From a virus (Duplodnaviria > Caudoviricetes), in the IMG/VR virus record IMGVR_UViG_3300031992_000076, positions 13,904 to 77,903 of that record: a stretch of 64,000 nt of DNA; one strand, written 5' to 3'. The stretch's first letter is position 1; every line of letters begins with the position of its first letter. The position numbers were made by a program, and so were the translations under genes. Under the pieces are notes generated by a model. The model saw only the letters and a program-made list of their open reading frames with translations, had not been told where the DNA came from and searched no databases. This document shows, piece by piece, positions 30,466-40,158 of this stretch.

Positions 30466-32362
30466 TTGCCTCCTCTGCATGTTGTAATAAGTAAGCTCGT
30501 CTAGGCGGTACACTAGGTCCAAGCAAAGTTTCAATTAATACAGCAGCTTGCTTTTCATCTTCTACTGTTAACTGAGCAATGTTTCTTGTGGCGGGATCGA
30601 GCAATGCTTCATTAAGCTCGTCTGAATCCTGTTCACCAAGACCCTTATTTCTATTAACCTGGAATTTTTCTCCTTGATGCTGTGTTTTATATTCATCGAG
30701 TGCAGTTGCATCTTTTAAATAAATATATTCATTTTTCTTTGTTGTAATTCTAAACAAAGGTGGCATAGTTGTATATATATGTCCATTGAGAATTAACTCT
30801 GGACACAACCACCAAAACATTTCAATTAAAAGGTTTCTAATACTGGCTCCATCGGGGTCAGCATCTGCGCAAAGAAGAATTTTTCCATACCTAAGTTTTT
30901 TTGTATCATAAATAAGTTTTTTTGTTACTGGATTTAATTCTAGTCCAATTGCTTTAATAAGATTTACAACTTCTTGATTAGCAAAGATTTTTTCACTTGA
31001 ATTTTTATATGCAGCAATAATTTTTCCTCGGATTGGAAATACTGCATGAATTTCTGAATCTCTTGCTTCTACAAGTCCAGAAGCCGCTGAATCACCTTCC
31101 GCGATTAAAAGCTCACATTTAGCTCTATCTTTGCCCCAACAATCAACAAGTTTTGTAGGCATATTAAGAAGCTGTTTCTTTTTATCTTTTGGTTTAACTT
31201 CACGAGCTGCATCTCTAGCTTTCTTAGCTGCTTCTCTAGCTTTACGAGCGGAAATCGCCTTATCAAAGATTATCTTAATATCTTTCTCATTATAACTCAA
31301 CCAAGTCTGGATATTTTCAGCTAATACTCCAGTGAATGGTGTCATATCAAGTTTGACTATACGACTTTTTGTCTGGGCATCGTATGATATACCAGGAGCT
31401 GTAATATTAAATGCAACTAGCATTCCCTCCTGTATATCCGATCCCTCGAGATTACTATCTTTGTCTTTAAGCCAGCCTTTTTCTTTAAAAAATTTATTAA
31501 ATTCTCTAGTTATAAGAGATTTAATCTGAGTTATATGAGGTCCACTATCTGTTTCACCTGTGTTAACATAACTAATCATATTAAGTGAATAGTTAGTTGT
31601 ATATGTCAATACAAAGTCAAGTTTATTTTTACCTTCCGCAAAGTTAATATTTAATCTATTATTAATTATTTCATTATCTTTTGCAATATCATTAACAAGA
31701 TCGTTCAATCCATTCTCTGAATAATAAGTAATTTTATCTTTTTCATTATGGGTTAAATTAATTGTTAATCCTTTACAAAGACAAGTTAATACATGAAATA
31801 ATTTCTTAATTCTATCTACATCAATCTGTGGATGATTAAAAAACTGCGGATCTGGAGTCCAATCTACAATAGTGCCAGTATGAGCCTCTCCCTGTTTTCC
31901 TACATCTCTTCTATTGAAAATACCATCAATAAAAAGAACACGTTCTATCTGTCCATCTCTATAAGTATTTACTACAAGTCTTTTAGATAAGAAATTTGTT
32001 AACTTAGAACCAATACCATTAAGACCTAATGCAGTTCCTTCATAAACTCCATCATCTGTAAATTTACCTGAAGTATTTAATACATCAAAAGAAGCTTGAA
32101 GAACAGTTTCTCCATCTTCACGTATAACATTAACAGGAAATCCCTGTGCAAAATCTTCTACTCTGCATGAACCATCATCTTGATAATCTACGTTAATTAT
32201 ATTTCCATGTCCTACACTCCACTCATCTATTGCATTAGATACAATTTCTATCAATAATTGAGTACTATACTCAGTGCTACCCGCGTAGACTCCAGGCCTA
32301 AGTCTAGTAAAGTCACGAGGTGAGAGTGACTGTATGGAATCTTCATTATATAATTTTCCCAT
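30452..32362 (-). CDS. gyrB: DNA gyrase subunit B
   Basis: EIVSNAIDE, GLNGIG, EGDSA, PIRGK, DADPDG, NKGLGE. Confidence 0.94.
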   Translation of the reverse strand: MGKLYNEDSIQSLSPRDFTRLRPGVYAGSTEYSTQLLIEIVSNAIDEWSVGHGNIINVDYQDDGSCRVEDFAQGFPVNVIREDGETVLQASFDVLNTSGKFTDDGVYEGTALGLNGIGSKLTNFLSKRLVVNTYRDGQIERVLFIDGIFNRRDVGKQGEAHTGTIVDWTPDPQFFNHPQIDVDRIKKLFHVLTCLCKGLTINLTHNEKDKITYYSENGLNDLVNDIAKDNEIINNRLNINFAEGKNKLDFVLTYTTNYSLNMISYVNTGETDSGPHITQIKSLITREFNKFFKEKGWLKDKDSNLEGSDIQEGMLVAFNITAPGISYDAQTKSRIVKLDMTPFTGVLAENIQTWLSYNEKDIKIIFDKAISARKAREAAKKARDAAREVKPKDKKKQLLNMPTKLVDCWGKDRAKCELLIAEGDSAASGLVEARDSEIHAVFPIRGKIIAAYKNSSEKIFANQEVVNLIKAIGLELNPVTKKLIYDTKKLRYGKILLCADADPDGASIRNLLIEMFWWLCPELILNGHIYTTMPPLFRITTKKNEYIYLKDATALDEYKTQHQGEKFQVNRNKGLGEQDSDELNEALLDPATRNIAQLTVEDEKQAAVLIETLLGPSVPPRRAYLLQHAEEANDCD

Positions 32363-32393
32363 ATTTTTTTCCTTTCTTTTCATTCTTATATAT

Positions 32394-32422
32394 ATTATAA
32401 CATAAAATTTTTAAAAAGTCAA
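32394..32422 (-). promoter_or_regulatory. Sigma-A-type promoter for gyrBA
   Basis: TTGACT-17-TATAAT, TG extension. Confidence 0.8.
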
Positions 32423-32516
32423 CATTTATCCTTCTGTAACTAAGCTCTTTTGAATTCTATTGCCATTATTTTAAATTACATAGTATTTTTTACATATAAT
32501 TAATAAAAATGGGCAT

Positions 32517-32549
32517 AAAAAAAAGAGTGGATAAAAATCCACTCTAAAT
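32517..32549 (-). terminator. Intrinsic terminator after endolysin
   Basis: AGAGTGGAT/ATCCACTCT stem with A-run on plus strand. Confidence 0.85.
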
Positions 32550-33998
32550 TTTTATAGTATATTCTAAGCAAATATATCCTACACCAGATTTAAGCTTTCC
32601 CCATCCATTTTCCTCTCCAACAATAGTATAAACAGATGGTTTATGCACAGTTGTTACTACAGGATAATTAGTTCCAGGTCCCTTTCTTACATTTAATGTT
32701 TCTGTATTAATTCTTACCAAATATGGAGTAAATATATTTGAATTTGACTCAATTCTTACATAACTTGGATCAGCCAAATAAATCCAGCCCGCTCCAGATT
32801 TTAGCCTTCCCCAATCTCCAGAAACCTCAACAATAGTAAAGATACCTTTACCTGTGTATTTACCTGTTACAGCTCCATTAGGAGAGGTTCTAATATTTAA
32901 ATTATCTATTAATACATCTACTAAGAAAGGCGGATTTGGATATGAAGCGGCGGGTGCTGGTGTCGGAGTAGGAATGACAGGATTCGGAGATCCCCCTAGC
33001 CGCTTATTAACTTCATTTTCAATATATTTAAATTTGCTTTTTAAATATGGTCCTGGACATGCTGTAGCTTGAAACATGCAATGCATAGTCAAATTGCCTG
33101 TTTTATCTCCTGTATAATTAAGTTGTTTAATTCCATTTCTTTTACATATATCTACGCAAAGATTGATTAATGATTCTAAAGCTTTGTCTGAAACATGCCA
33201 GTCAGGAGCTCCGCCATCATTAGCGACTTCTATTGTTACTGCAACGTAGTCATTATCAGCATTTCCAGAAGTCCATGCTCTATTTTTTTCTTCCACATAT
33301 AATCCAATTCGTCCATCGGTTCCTATCCCATAATTACTAGATCCTTTTCTATTAGGATTAGCAAAAATTTCTCCACATCTTTCTATTGTAATATTCCCTG
33401 CCATATGATGTGGTGTTATTTTAAGGATTTTTGTTCCTCTATTAGAACGAGGATTATAATTAGGACTTAAATTTGTATAGCAAATTAAAGAACTATTTGT
33501 AAAACCAGTTGGTTGAACTGGTTCTGGATTTAACATTGCATCATATTTAGTTAAATTCCATTTATCTACCACTGCCATTATATTATCAACATAATTAATT
33601 GAACTAGCATATCCAGCATTTTTTAAAGCTTGTAGATAATCTCTAGGATTAGTTGCTGTTTTTGCAGTGGTATACCTAGAAATATTAATAAATTGATAAT
33701 AGCCTTCGACTCCAGCGTCCATATTAGGAAAACTATACCAAATAAAAGTTTTTTCTATATAAGAACCATCTGGAAGTTGTTCCTTGCTTTTACTTTCAAA
33801 AGTTCCATTACTAGTAGTAACTCTATTTGGTCTATATTTAAGACCATAATAGTTATTATGTTGTGCTTTATCAGATGTTCCATAGGCAGATTCTAAGCAA
33901 GCTTGACCGATTGCCGCAGAAACTATGTTATATCCATATTTTTTTGCATATTTAATATGCAAAGGAGCTATTTTATCTATAAACTCTTGATTAGTCAA
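32544..33998 (-). CDS. Modular endolysin: glucosaminidase + amidase_2 + two SH3-like domains
   Basis: GQACLES...NNYYGLK, GYAS; ITPHHM, NYGIG, VTIEV, HCMF..TACPG; LNIR/LNVR..W GKL repeats; TTG start. Confidence 0.9.
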   Translation of the reverse strand: MTNQEFIDKIAPLHIKYAKKYGYNIVSAAIGQACLESAYGTSDKAQHNNYYGLKYRPNRVTTSNGTFESKSKEQLPDGSYIEKTFIWYSFPNMDAGVEGYYQFINISRYTTAKTATNPRDYLQALKNAGYASSINYVDNIMAVVDKWNLTKYDAMLNPEPVQPTGFTNSSLICYTNLSPNYNPRSNRGTKILKITPHHMAGNITIERCGEIFANPNRKGSSNYGIGTDGRIGLYVEEKNRAWTSGNADNDYVAVTIEVANDGGAPDWHVSDKALESLINLCVDICKRNGIKQLNYTGDKTGNLTMHCMFQATACPGPYLKSKFKYIENEVNKRLGGSPNPVIPTPTPAPAASYPNPPFLVDVLIDNLNIRTSPNGAVTGKYTGKGIFTIVEVSGDWGRLKSGAGWIYLADPSYVRIESNSNIFTPYLVRINTETLNVRKGPGTNYPVVTTVHKPSVYTIVGEENGWGKLKSGVGYICLEYTIKI

Positions 33999-34013
33999 TT
34001 ATATTCCTCCTTT

Positions 34014-34469
34014 TTATCCAACTCCATTATCATTAGATTTATTTTGGATTCCAGTCATAGCTAAATCATAGATAATGCCACCTTCAGTATTTTCAGCTTT
34101 AGATTTATTAGAATACACACCATAGCTGATAGTTTGACCTATAATAATTCCAATTAAAGCAACTAAAGGAGATAAATCAGGAGGTACACCTAATGAAAAA
34201 GCTAATTTAAAAGAACTATATGTTACCCAGCCGACTCCAAGTTCTAAAATGACTGAATTAATAAATAAAAATATTAAGAACTTTTTTGCTGATGGTAATT
34301 TATTTTCTTTCCTTTTATTTCTTATTTCAGTTCGCTCTTTTTCTATTTTAGCTTCTCTTTCTAAAATAACTTTTTCTGCTTCCCATTGTTTTAGTTTTAC
34401 TTTAGAAATTTGATTTTTTTGAGCTAAACTTTTTTGTCCAAAAAGGAGTTTCAATATTTTAAAAGTCAT
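34014..34469 (-). CDS. Two-TM membrane protein, holin-like
   Basis: Two C-terminal hydrophobic helices; immediately upstream of the endolysin. Confidence 0.55.
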   Translation of the reverse strand: MTFKILKLLFGQKSLAQKNQISKVKLKQWEAEKVILEREAKIEKERTEIRNKRKENKLPSAKKFLIFLFINSVILELGVGWVTYSSFKLAFSLGVPPDLSPLVALIGIIIGQTISYGVYSNKSKAENTEGGIIYDLAMTGIQNKSNDNGVG

Positions 34470-34493
34470 ATTTATTTCTCATCTCCTTCCAAT

Positions 34494-34527
34494 AAAAAAA
34501 GACTCAAGGTTAGAACCTTGAGTCTTA
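34494..34527 (-). terminator. Intrinsic terminator
   Basis: AAGACTCAAGGT/ACCTTGAGTCTT stem plus A-run. Confidence 0.85.
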
Positions 34528-34531
34528 ATTT

Positions 34532-35785
34532 CTACATTTGCTCTGCTATTCTAGCAATTTGACTTCTATATATATTAACTAGGGTTGTTTCTCCATAAAA
34601 ATCTTGACCACGAAATACTTGAGATACTCTACGCAAGCCATTATTAGATCCATTATATTCTGACATATCTACTTGACTTTCAGTATCTCCATCAAGAATT
34701 ACAACACTATCTTCTCCAGTTCTTTGAAGCATAAGTTTCATCATATCAATAGTGGTATTTTGACTTTCAGTTACGTATACTCCAGCTCTCATACCGTTTA
34801 AATCTAATCCTCGGATATCTGAACAAGGTAAAATCATTAAAGTACCTTCATCTGTCATTTTTTCTACTTCGGTGATACTACCAAATTTTGTAATTAAAAA
34901 ATTACCAATTTGACTATCTAAAAGTTTCTCTAATCTAGAGCCCGGATAATATCCTAATTTAGCAGCACCGCGCACTGCAACTGTATTTGCTAAAATGACA
35001 ATTCTATCAATTTTTCCTTTATCCAATAAACTCATTAAATAGCTCATAGCTAGATACGATTTTCCACTTCCCGCTGGACCCCGAAGTACAATTATTTGAT
35101 TTGAAACTAATGAATCAATAGCAATAGTTTGATATATATCATTATTGTAAGGTTTTAACTTACCAAACATCATACTTTCTATATTATGATATCCTACTTT
35201 TTGATAATGATCTTCTACCCATTTATATTTGTCAGTAATTTCATTATTGAATTCAATTAACAAATATTGATTTGTTAAAAGATTATATTTATTTTCATTT
35301 TCAGGCATTACATGCTCGTAAAAATTAGCCAATTCTCTCTCGGACATAGAAATTGTTTTATAACCAGTATATTTATCATTTTCTTGTCTAACATATTCAG
35401 TTTTTAATCCAACACATTCAGCTATTTTTTTACAAGCTAAATCTTCAGTAACGAAAATTCCTGTATGTTCACAGTTTCTTTTGATAAAAGCTTCTCTAGC
35501 GCACAAAATAATTTTGCTATCATCAGATAATGGAAGATTTAATACTTTTAATTCATCATCTAAATATGTTTTATATATTTCAATTTCATATTTATCTTCG
35601 TTATCTGCAAGAAGATTTAAAACTTGTCTTGCTGCCCACTTAGTTTCTTCATCTTTTGTTCTAGATGTTTTTATTGATTCTAATTCATTTAATGAGATAC
35701 TTGAAATTATAAAGGGCTCTTTTAAAATTTCATTTTGAAGAATAAGTAGACTATTTGTATCATAAAACTTCATGTGAATAATCAA
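34532..35785 (-). CDS. phoH: PIN-domain PhoH-family ATPase
   Basis: FYDTN PIN start, GPAGSGKS, RG...VTESQN, LDGD..Q. Confidence 0.88.
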   Translation of the reverse strand: MIIHMKFYDTNSLLILQNEILKEPFIISSISLNELESIKTSRTKDEETKWAARQVLNLLADNEDKYEIEIYKTYLDDELKVLNLPLSDDSKIILCAREAFIKRNCEHTGIFVTEDLACKKIAECVGLKTEYVRQENDKYTGYKTISMSERELANFYEHVMPENENKYNLLTNQYLLIEFNNEITDKYKWVEDHYQKVGYHNIESMMFGKLKPYNNDIYQTIAIDSLVSNQIIVLRGPAGSGKSYLAMSYLMSLLDKGKIDRIVILANTVAVRGAAKLGYYPGSRLEKLLDSQIGNFLITKFGSITEVEKMTDEGTLMILPCSDIRGLDLNGMRAGVYVTESQNTTIDMMKLMLQRTGEDSVVILDGDTESQVDMSEYNGSNNGLRRVSQVFRGQDFYGETTLVNIYRSQIARIAEQM

Positions 35786-35835
35786 TCCACCTTTCTTAGA
35801 ATATGTTTCTATTTATATATGAAAAAAGGATAATA

Positions 35836-36273
35836 TTACTTATCCTCTTTTGACATATTTTTTTTATTGCGGATTGAATTAAGTAAAAACTCTCGTCTTC
35901 CAATAAAATTGTCAGATTCTTGTAATAATGCATTGATTTCGTCAGTTAAATCATTTACTTTTTTAATTCTTCGATTTAATTGTCGATATATTGCTTTAGC
36001 GGTGGGTGAATCTTTGTCAAAATTTTTATATCCTCCACAAGCTTTAACAAAATCAATTGCTTCATCTGATTTCTGTTTAGCAAGCTTTCTTTCATATTTA
36101 AGAGCATTTATAGTTGCGCGGAGTTCAGCCAAGGTGCATCCAGTAAGTTCAGATTCTTTATCTAAATCATCTGGATGTAAACGCGCACAACCAATAAAAG
36201 TTTTTCCTAAATGCTCCATATATACTAAAGATTTGCCTGTTTCTTTATTGTATTTATAACCTATAAAGTTCAC
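35836..36273 (-). CDS. Hypothetical protein
   Basis: 145-aa ORF in operon orientation. Confidence 0.7.
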   Translation of the reverse strand: MNFIGYKYNKETGKSLVYMEHLGKTFIGCARLHPDDLDKESELTGCTLAELRATINALKYERKLAKQKSDEAIDFVKACGGYKNFDKDSPTAKAIYRQLNRRIKKVNDLTDEINALLQESDNFIGRREFLLNSIRNKKNMSKEDK

Positions 36274-36830
36274 TTTTTCTTCTCCTCATATTTTTCTATA
36301 TCTTTAATAATATCATCCAAAAGAATTGGAGTATTATTATGTGCATCTAGTTCAACGTGATAAATAACTCCTTTGTCCATATCTTTAAACCTGTCTTGAG
36401 TATGACAATGACCACAGATATTAATCACCTTTCTACGGAGCGGTTTATCGTCATCGAAGTTAGAGCAAAGAGTTGGATAATGTGAGAGATAAAATGTATA
36501 TCCTCCATATTTTAAAATTTGAGCTAATCCATAAAAAAGAATATTGGGTCTAATATTAACGTATTCTTGGATTCGATTATCCGTATCATGATTTCCACGT
36601 ATAATATTTATTTTTCCAGCTAATTGATTCATACAATGAATTCCATGTACATTATCATTAAGCATTAAATCACCAAGAAGCCAAACTTCATCATCCCAAT
36701 TTACAACAGAATTCCAATTTTCAATTATTGCTTTATCATGCTCTTCGATTGAATTAAAGCCACGAGGACCCCAGAGAAATTCTTTATTATGCCCGAAATG
36801 GAGATCTGAGGTTAGAAAAATCCTTCTCAT
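36270..36830 (-). CDS. Calcineurin-like metallophosphoesterase
   Basis: SDLHFGH, LGD, GNHD, SHYP, GHCH. Confidence 0.9.
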   Translation of the reverse strand: MRRIFLTSDLHFGHNKEFLWGPRGFNSIEEHDKAIIENWNSVVNWDDEVWLLGDLMLNDNVHGIHCMNQLAGKINIIRGNHDTDNRIQEYVNIRPNILFYGLAQILKYGGYTFYLSHYPTLCSNFDDDKPLRRKVINICGHCHTQDRFKDMDKGVIYHVELDAHNNTPILLDDIIKDIEKYEEKKK

Positions 36831-37347
36831 TATTATCACTTCCTTTTTCTTTTACTATATATTTTCCATTTTCATAAATATAAACTTTATTAAAACCTTC
36901 CTCTAAAGTGGGAGGCGTTAAAGTAAGATACATATTTTTAATAGAATCTTCAGGCACTAATGCTCTTCCCGCTCTATGAGAATTTCTTTCAAGAGCGGTT
37001 TCAAGATTTACTTTTATAAATAAAGCATCTATTTCAATATCTTTTAATGAAGTACCAAGTGCATTTAAAAGTTTTCTTCTTGAATTTTCATTTAAATGAG
37101 TAGCATCAGCAATAGTTACTTCATTTTCAATCAAACCTTTTTTAATTTCTTCAATAAAAATATTAAACACCTGTTTTTCTTTAGAAAAGTATCCCTCTCC
37201 TTCTTTCAAAAGAGAAAAACGAATTTTATCTCTAGATACAACTTTTGTAGTTTTAGATATTGAATCTTTATGAGTTTTTACCCATGTGCTCTTTCCACAA
37301 GCCGGGATTCCACAAAGAATAATTAATTTATGCTTTATTTCTTTCAT
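36787..37347 (-). CDS. P-loop kinase (AAA_33 / polynucleotide-kinase-like)
   Basis: CGIPACGKST, SRD.IR, IADAT, ERN..R. Confidence 0.85.
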   Translation of the reverse strand: MKEIKHKLIILCGIPACGKSTWVKTHKDSISKTTKVVSRDKIRFSLLKEGEGYFSKEKQVFNIFIEEIKKGLIENEVTIADATHLNENSRRKLLNALGTSLKDIEIDALFIKVNLETALERNSHRAGRALVPEDSIKNMYLTLTPPTLEEGFNKVYIYENGKYIVKEKGSDNNEKDFSNLRSPFRA

Positions 37348-37621
37348 TGTTTATTTTACTCCTAAACTCACTTAATGTTAAAATCCTATTTCCATCTTCA
37401 TCAAAATTATGATTATTAAATTCTAAAAGAAAATCTTCATAAGTATATCCAGACCATGGGCGGCATTCAGCATGATTTGTCTCCATTTTACAATTTAAAC
37501 AATATAATTTTTTTAAATGTCCTGCTTCTCGTTCTGCACCTTTTTTCCTAGCTATAGGAATGCCCCTCCTGCTACACTTAACACAATAAAATTCATTATC
37601 TACAATTAATTTACTTCCCAT
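37328..37621 (-). CDS. Zinc-ribbon protein
   Basis: CVKC...HLKKLYCLNC. Confidence 0.7.
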   Translation of the reverse strand: MGSKLIVDNEFYCVKCSRRGIPIARKKGAEREAGHLKKLYCLNCKMETNHAECRPWSGYTYEDFLLEFNNHNFDEDGNRILTLSEFRSKINNERNKA

Positions 37622-37695
37622 ACATTAAAAAATCATCTCCTTTTTATTTTTTCTTATAATAATATTATAACATATTTTTTATAAAAAATAAAGAG

Positions 37696-37929
37696 TTAAT
37701 TATTTGTTTTAAAATATTGACAAAATGAATCAAACTCAAGTGCGGATTCTGGATAAATTACTACGGCGCCCTGACTCATATCAAGAGAAAGAACTCCAAG
37801 TAAAGATTTACCATCCACTGCAAATTTTCCTCTCTTTACGATAATATCTCCATCAATCTGGCTAGCTTTATCTACAAAAAGATAGAGATCTGATATATTT
37901 TCAATTTTAATTTCTGTAAATTTAGTCAT
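37696..37929 (-). CDS. HPr-like protein
   Basis: VDGKSLLGVLSL matches the HPr Ser46 regulatory motif; His15 region absent. Confidence 0.7.
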   Translation of the reverse strand: MTKFTEIKIENISDLYLFVDKASQIDGDIIVKRGKFAVDGKSLLGVLSLDMSQGAVVIYPESALEFDSFCQYFKTNN

Positions 37930-37930
37930 A

Positions 37931-38182
37931 TTATTTCTCCTTTATTCCCAAATATTTAATTCGGTCAAGAACTTCGTCTTTTATTTTTTCATCTGAATAT
38001 AAATAATTATATAATTGAAATTCTTCTTTACTATTGGTTCTTTCTGACAATACTTTTCTAGCATAATCTAAATCTATATCAATAGTAAGAGTAATTATAT
38101 TTTTCTTTTTAGGAGAGGTGTAAGAATTATTTGAATTAATTAATTGAAACATTGTATTTATATTGTTAATTTTGTTCACCAT
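37931..38182 (-). CDS. Hypothetical protein
   Basis: 83-aa ORF with GGAG RBS. Confidence 0.55.
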   Translation of the reverse strand: MVNKINNINTMFQLINSNNSYTSPKKKNIITLTIDIDLDYARKVLSERTNSKEEFQLYNYLYSDEKIKDEVLDRIKYLGIKEK

Positions 38183-38362
38183 CTTTTTTCTCCAATTTAA
38201 TACAGATTTTATAAACTAAAAAATTCATAAAATTAATAACTATATCAAAATAAGCATAGACACAAAAATATAAAATTGTTCTTTCTTTTGTTGCCAATGT
38301 GTTTGTTAAATAACAAAATATATAAGCAAGAATAAACATAAATATTTTTCCTTTTATTATAT

Positions 38363-38391
38363 ATTATAACATAAATTTTTATAAATGTCAA
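38363..38391 (-). promoter_or_regulatory. Sigma-A-type promoter
   Basis: TTGACA-17-TATAAT abutting a GCGGGA hairpin. Confidence 0.8.
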
Positions 38392-38423
38392 GGCGGGAGT
38401 TGGCTCTAGACCGATTCCCGCCT
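38391..38423. repeat. GCGGGA-family palindromic element / terminator
   Basis: AGGCGGGAGTTGG...CCGATTCCCGCCT. Confidence 0.65.
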
Positions 38424-38430
38424 AATTAGA

Positions 38431-39702
38431 TTACTGATGATATTTTACAAGGAAGGCAGGATCAACGCATTTAAAGCTATCCTTACCATCCACAGTTCTA
38501 AATACAATACCTTCTTTCATTTCGCCGTCAATAGCAGAACCCGCACTATGAACAAACTCACGAAGTTCATCTACAGTAGAAGGAAGTGTCATACCTTCTG
38601 ATATAATAGGTACAACAGGGATACCTAAAGGTTCAAGAGCATCTCTCATTTCAAGAGTTCCAACCCTACCGCAATCGGAATAAAGTAAATTAAACGCCCT
38701 TATTTCCTGATCTTTCATTCCATAGTCTCGTTTTTGGACGTTTTGCCCAAAAGTTTCTGCCTGAACTGCGACCCATTCAGCGGAAGGTCTATTTTCAAGA
38801 AGTTTCTGAAGAGCTTCTTTAACATTATACTTTTCGCTCATTTTAATATATACATTTGAACCAATTGTATCAGAATAATAATTCCTTTCTGCTCTTGCAG
38901 GGGTATCAAAAATTACATTTCTGCTACATACAAGATATTCTCCCTTTTTAAGCCCTCTAGATCTGGACATATAGAAAGTAGTACTAGTTCCATCAATTTT
39001 TTCTGTAGCTATCCAGATTTTTGAGCCATCTTCAAGTGTCCAGGTTCTATTCTCGATTCTCTCTTCATCTGTCTTCGGAACTCCTTCAATCCAGCTACGA
39101 GAATCTTTTTTCTTACCCCAAAGGAAGATAAAAAACTGACGAAGGAATTTATTTTTCTTTATAACTCTACCATATTTTTTAGCAAAATAAGGATGTCTAG
39201 CTAAAACCGCATTAATTTTAGCATCGGGATTAGATTTAGCTTTTCTCTTGTTATCTTCGGCTACGGCATAAGTTACACCAAGTTTTTCAGTAAGAAAATC
39301 GCCATTTTTATAATCTACATTCTCTTTAAAGAAAGAATCTTTTCCAAAATGAAGATAAAACTGACCATCTCCATCCTGATACTCAAATCCACCGAAGTCC
39401 TCAGCACTCATAAGCAGACCCTGAGAATAAAAGCCTGGGTTCTTTCCACCGAAGGTGTACTTCTGAGTCTTCACATTTCCGCGCTTTTTGATAAGAAATG
39501 CAAACTCAGGCTTGTTTATATCTACATGAGAGTCGATCTCAAAGTAAATTGCAAGATTTCCAGGCTGGAAAGTACCTTTACGAACCATGATTTTCCATCC
39601 CCCTACAACTGCAGCTTCGCAATTATCAGAACCAACAATAGGTTCAATAGCATCAATGCGAGTTACATAAGCGAGCTCTCTCTGATTTTCTTTGTTGAGC
39701 AT
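38431..39702 (-). CDS. RNA ligase (Rnl2-like / DRB0094-type)
   Basis: N-terminal OB-like domain, KTDEERI, TEKIDGTS adenylation motif, EGIVFR, SFK. Confidence 0.88.
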   Translation of the reverse strand: MLNKENQRELAYVTRIDAIEPIVGSDNCEAAVVGGWKIMVRKGTFQPGNLAIYFEIDSHVDINKPEFAFLIKKRGNVKTQKYTFGGKNPGFYSQGLLMSAEDFGGFEYQDGDGQFYLHFGKDSFFKENVDYKNGDFLTEKLGVTYAVAEDNKRKAKSNPDAKINAVLARHPYFAKKYGRVIKKNKFLRQFFIFLWGKKKDSRSWIEGVPKTDEERIENRTWTLEDGSKIWIATEKIDGTSTTFYMSRSRGLKKGEYLVCSRNVIFDTPARAERNYYSDTIGSNVYIKMSEKYNVKEALQKLLENRPSAEWVAVQAETFGQNVQKRDYGMKDQEIRAFNLLYSDCGRVGTLEMRDALEPLGIPVVPIISEGMTLPSTVDELREFVHSAGSAIDGEMKEGIVFRTVDGKDSFKCVDPAFLVKYHQ

Positions 39703-39704
39703 AA

Positions 39705-39866
39705 TTATCTACCTTCTTTCTTCATAAAATATTCGCAATCTTCATTTTCTTTATAAAACAAAGTATACGTATGAATGCCCTGTTTCTTTATAGCTCTTTT
39801 ACATTCCTCTTTCTTAGGACAATTATCTGGATTTCCACAGAAACAATAATCATCATCAAACCACAT
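39705..39866 (-). CDS. Small Cys-rich hypothetical protein (53 aa)
   Basis: MWFDDDYCFCGNPDNCPKKEECKRA...CEYF; GAGG RBS. Confidence 0.6.
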   Translation of the reverse strand: MWFDDDYCFCGNPDNCPKKEECKRAIKKQGIHTYTLFYKENEDCEYFMKKEGR

Positions 39867-40053
39867 AATTCATTACCTCACAAACTCTATCAACTAATTC
39901 ATCCTTTTCTTCTTCCGTTATTTTTTTCCATTTCCAACACCAATCAATCCTATTACAAATCCATTCTATACTTTTATCATGCCAGGGTTTATATTCTTCA
40001 TAAGATTTTAATGCTTTATCAACTTGGTCATAATAGTCAATTCTTTTTGGCAT
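39856..40053 (-). CDS. Hypothetical protein
   Basis: 65-aa Trp-rich ORF with AAGGA RBS. Confidence 0.65.
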   Translation of the reverse strand: MPKRIDYYDQVDKALKSYEEYKPWHDKSIEWICNRIDWCWKWKKITEEEKDELVDRVCEVMNYVV

Positions 40054-40078
40054 TATTTTTTCCTTTCTTTATAATAAT

Positions 40079-40107
40079 ATTATATCATATTTTTTTAATA
40101 ATGTCAA
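40079..40107 (-). promoter_or_regulatory. Sigma-A-type promoter
   Basis: TTGACA-17-TATAAT. Confidence 0.8.
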
Positions 40108-40115
40108 TAAGAAAG

Positions 40116-40154
40116 GCGGGAACCAGGTTAATTCCACTTTAACCCAGCTCCCGC
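40116..40154. repeat. GCGGGA-family palindromic element / terminator
   Basis: GCGGGAACCAGG...CCCAGCTCCCGC. Confidence 0.65.
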
Positions 40155-40158
40155 AATT

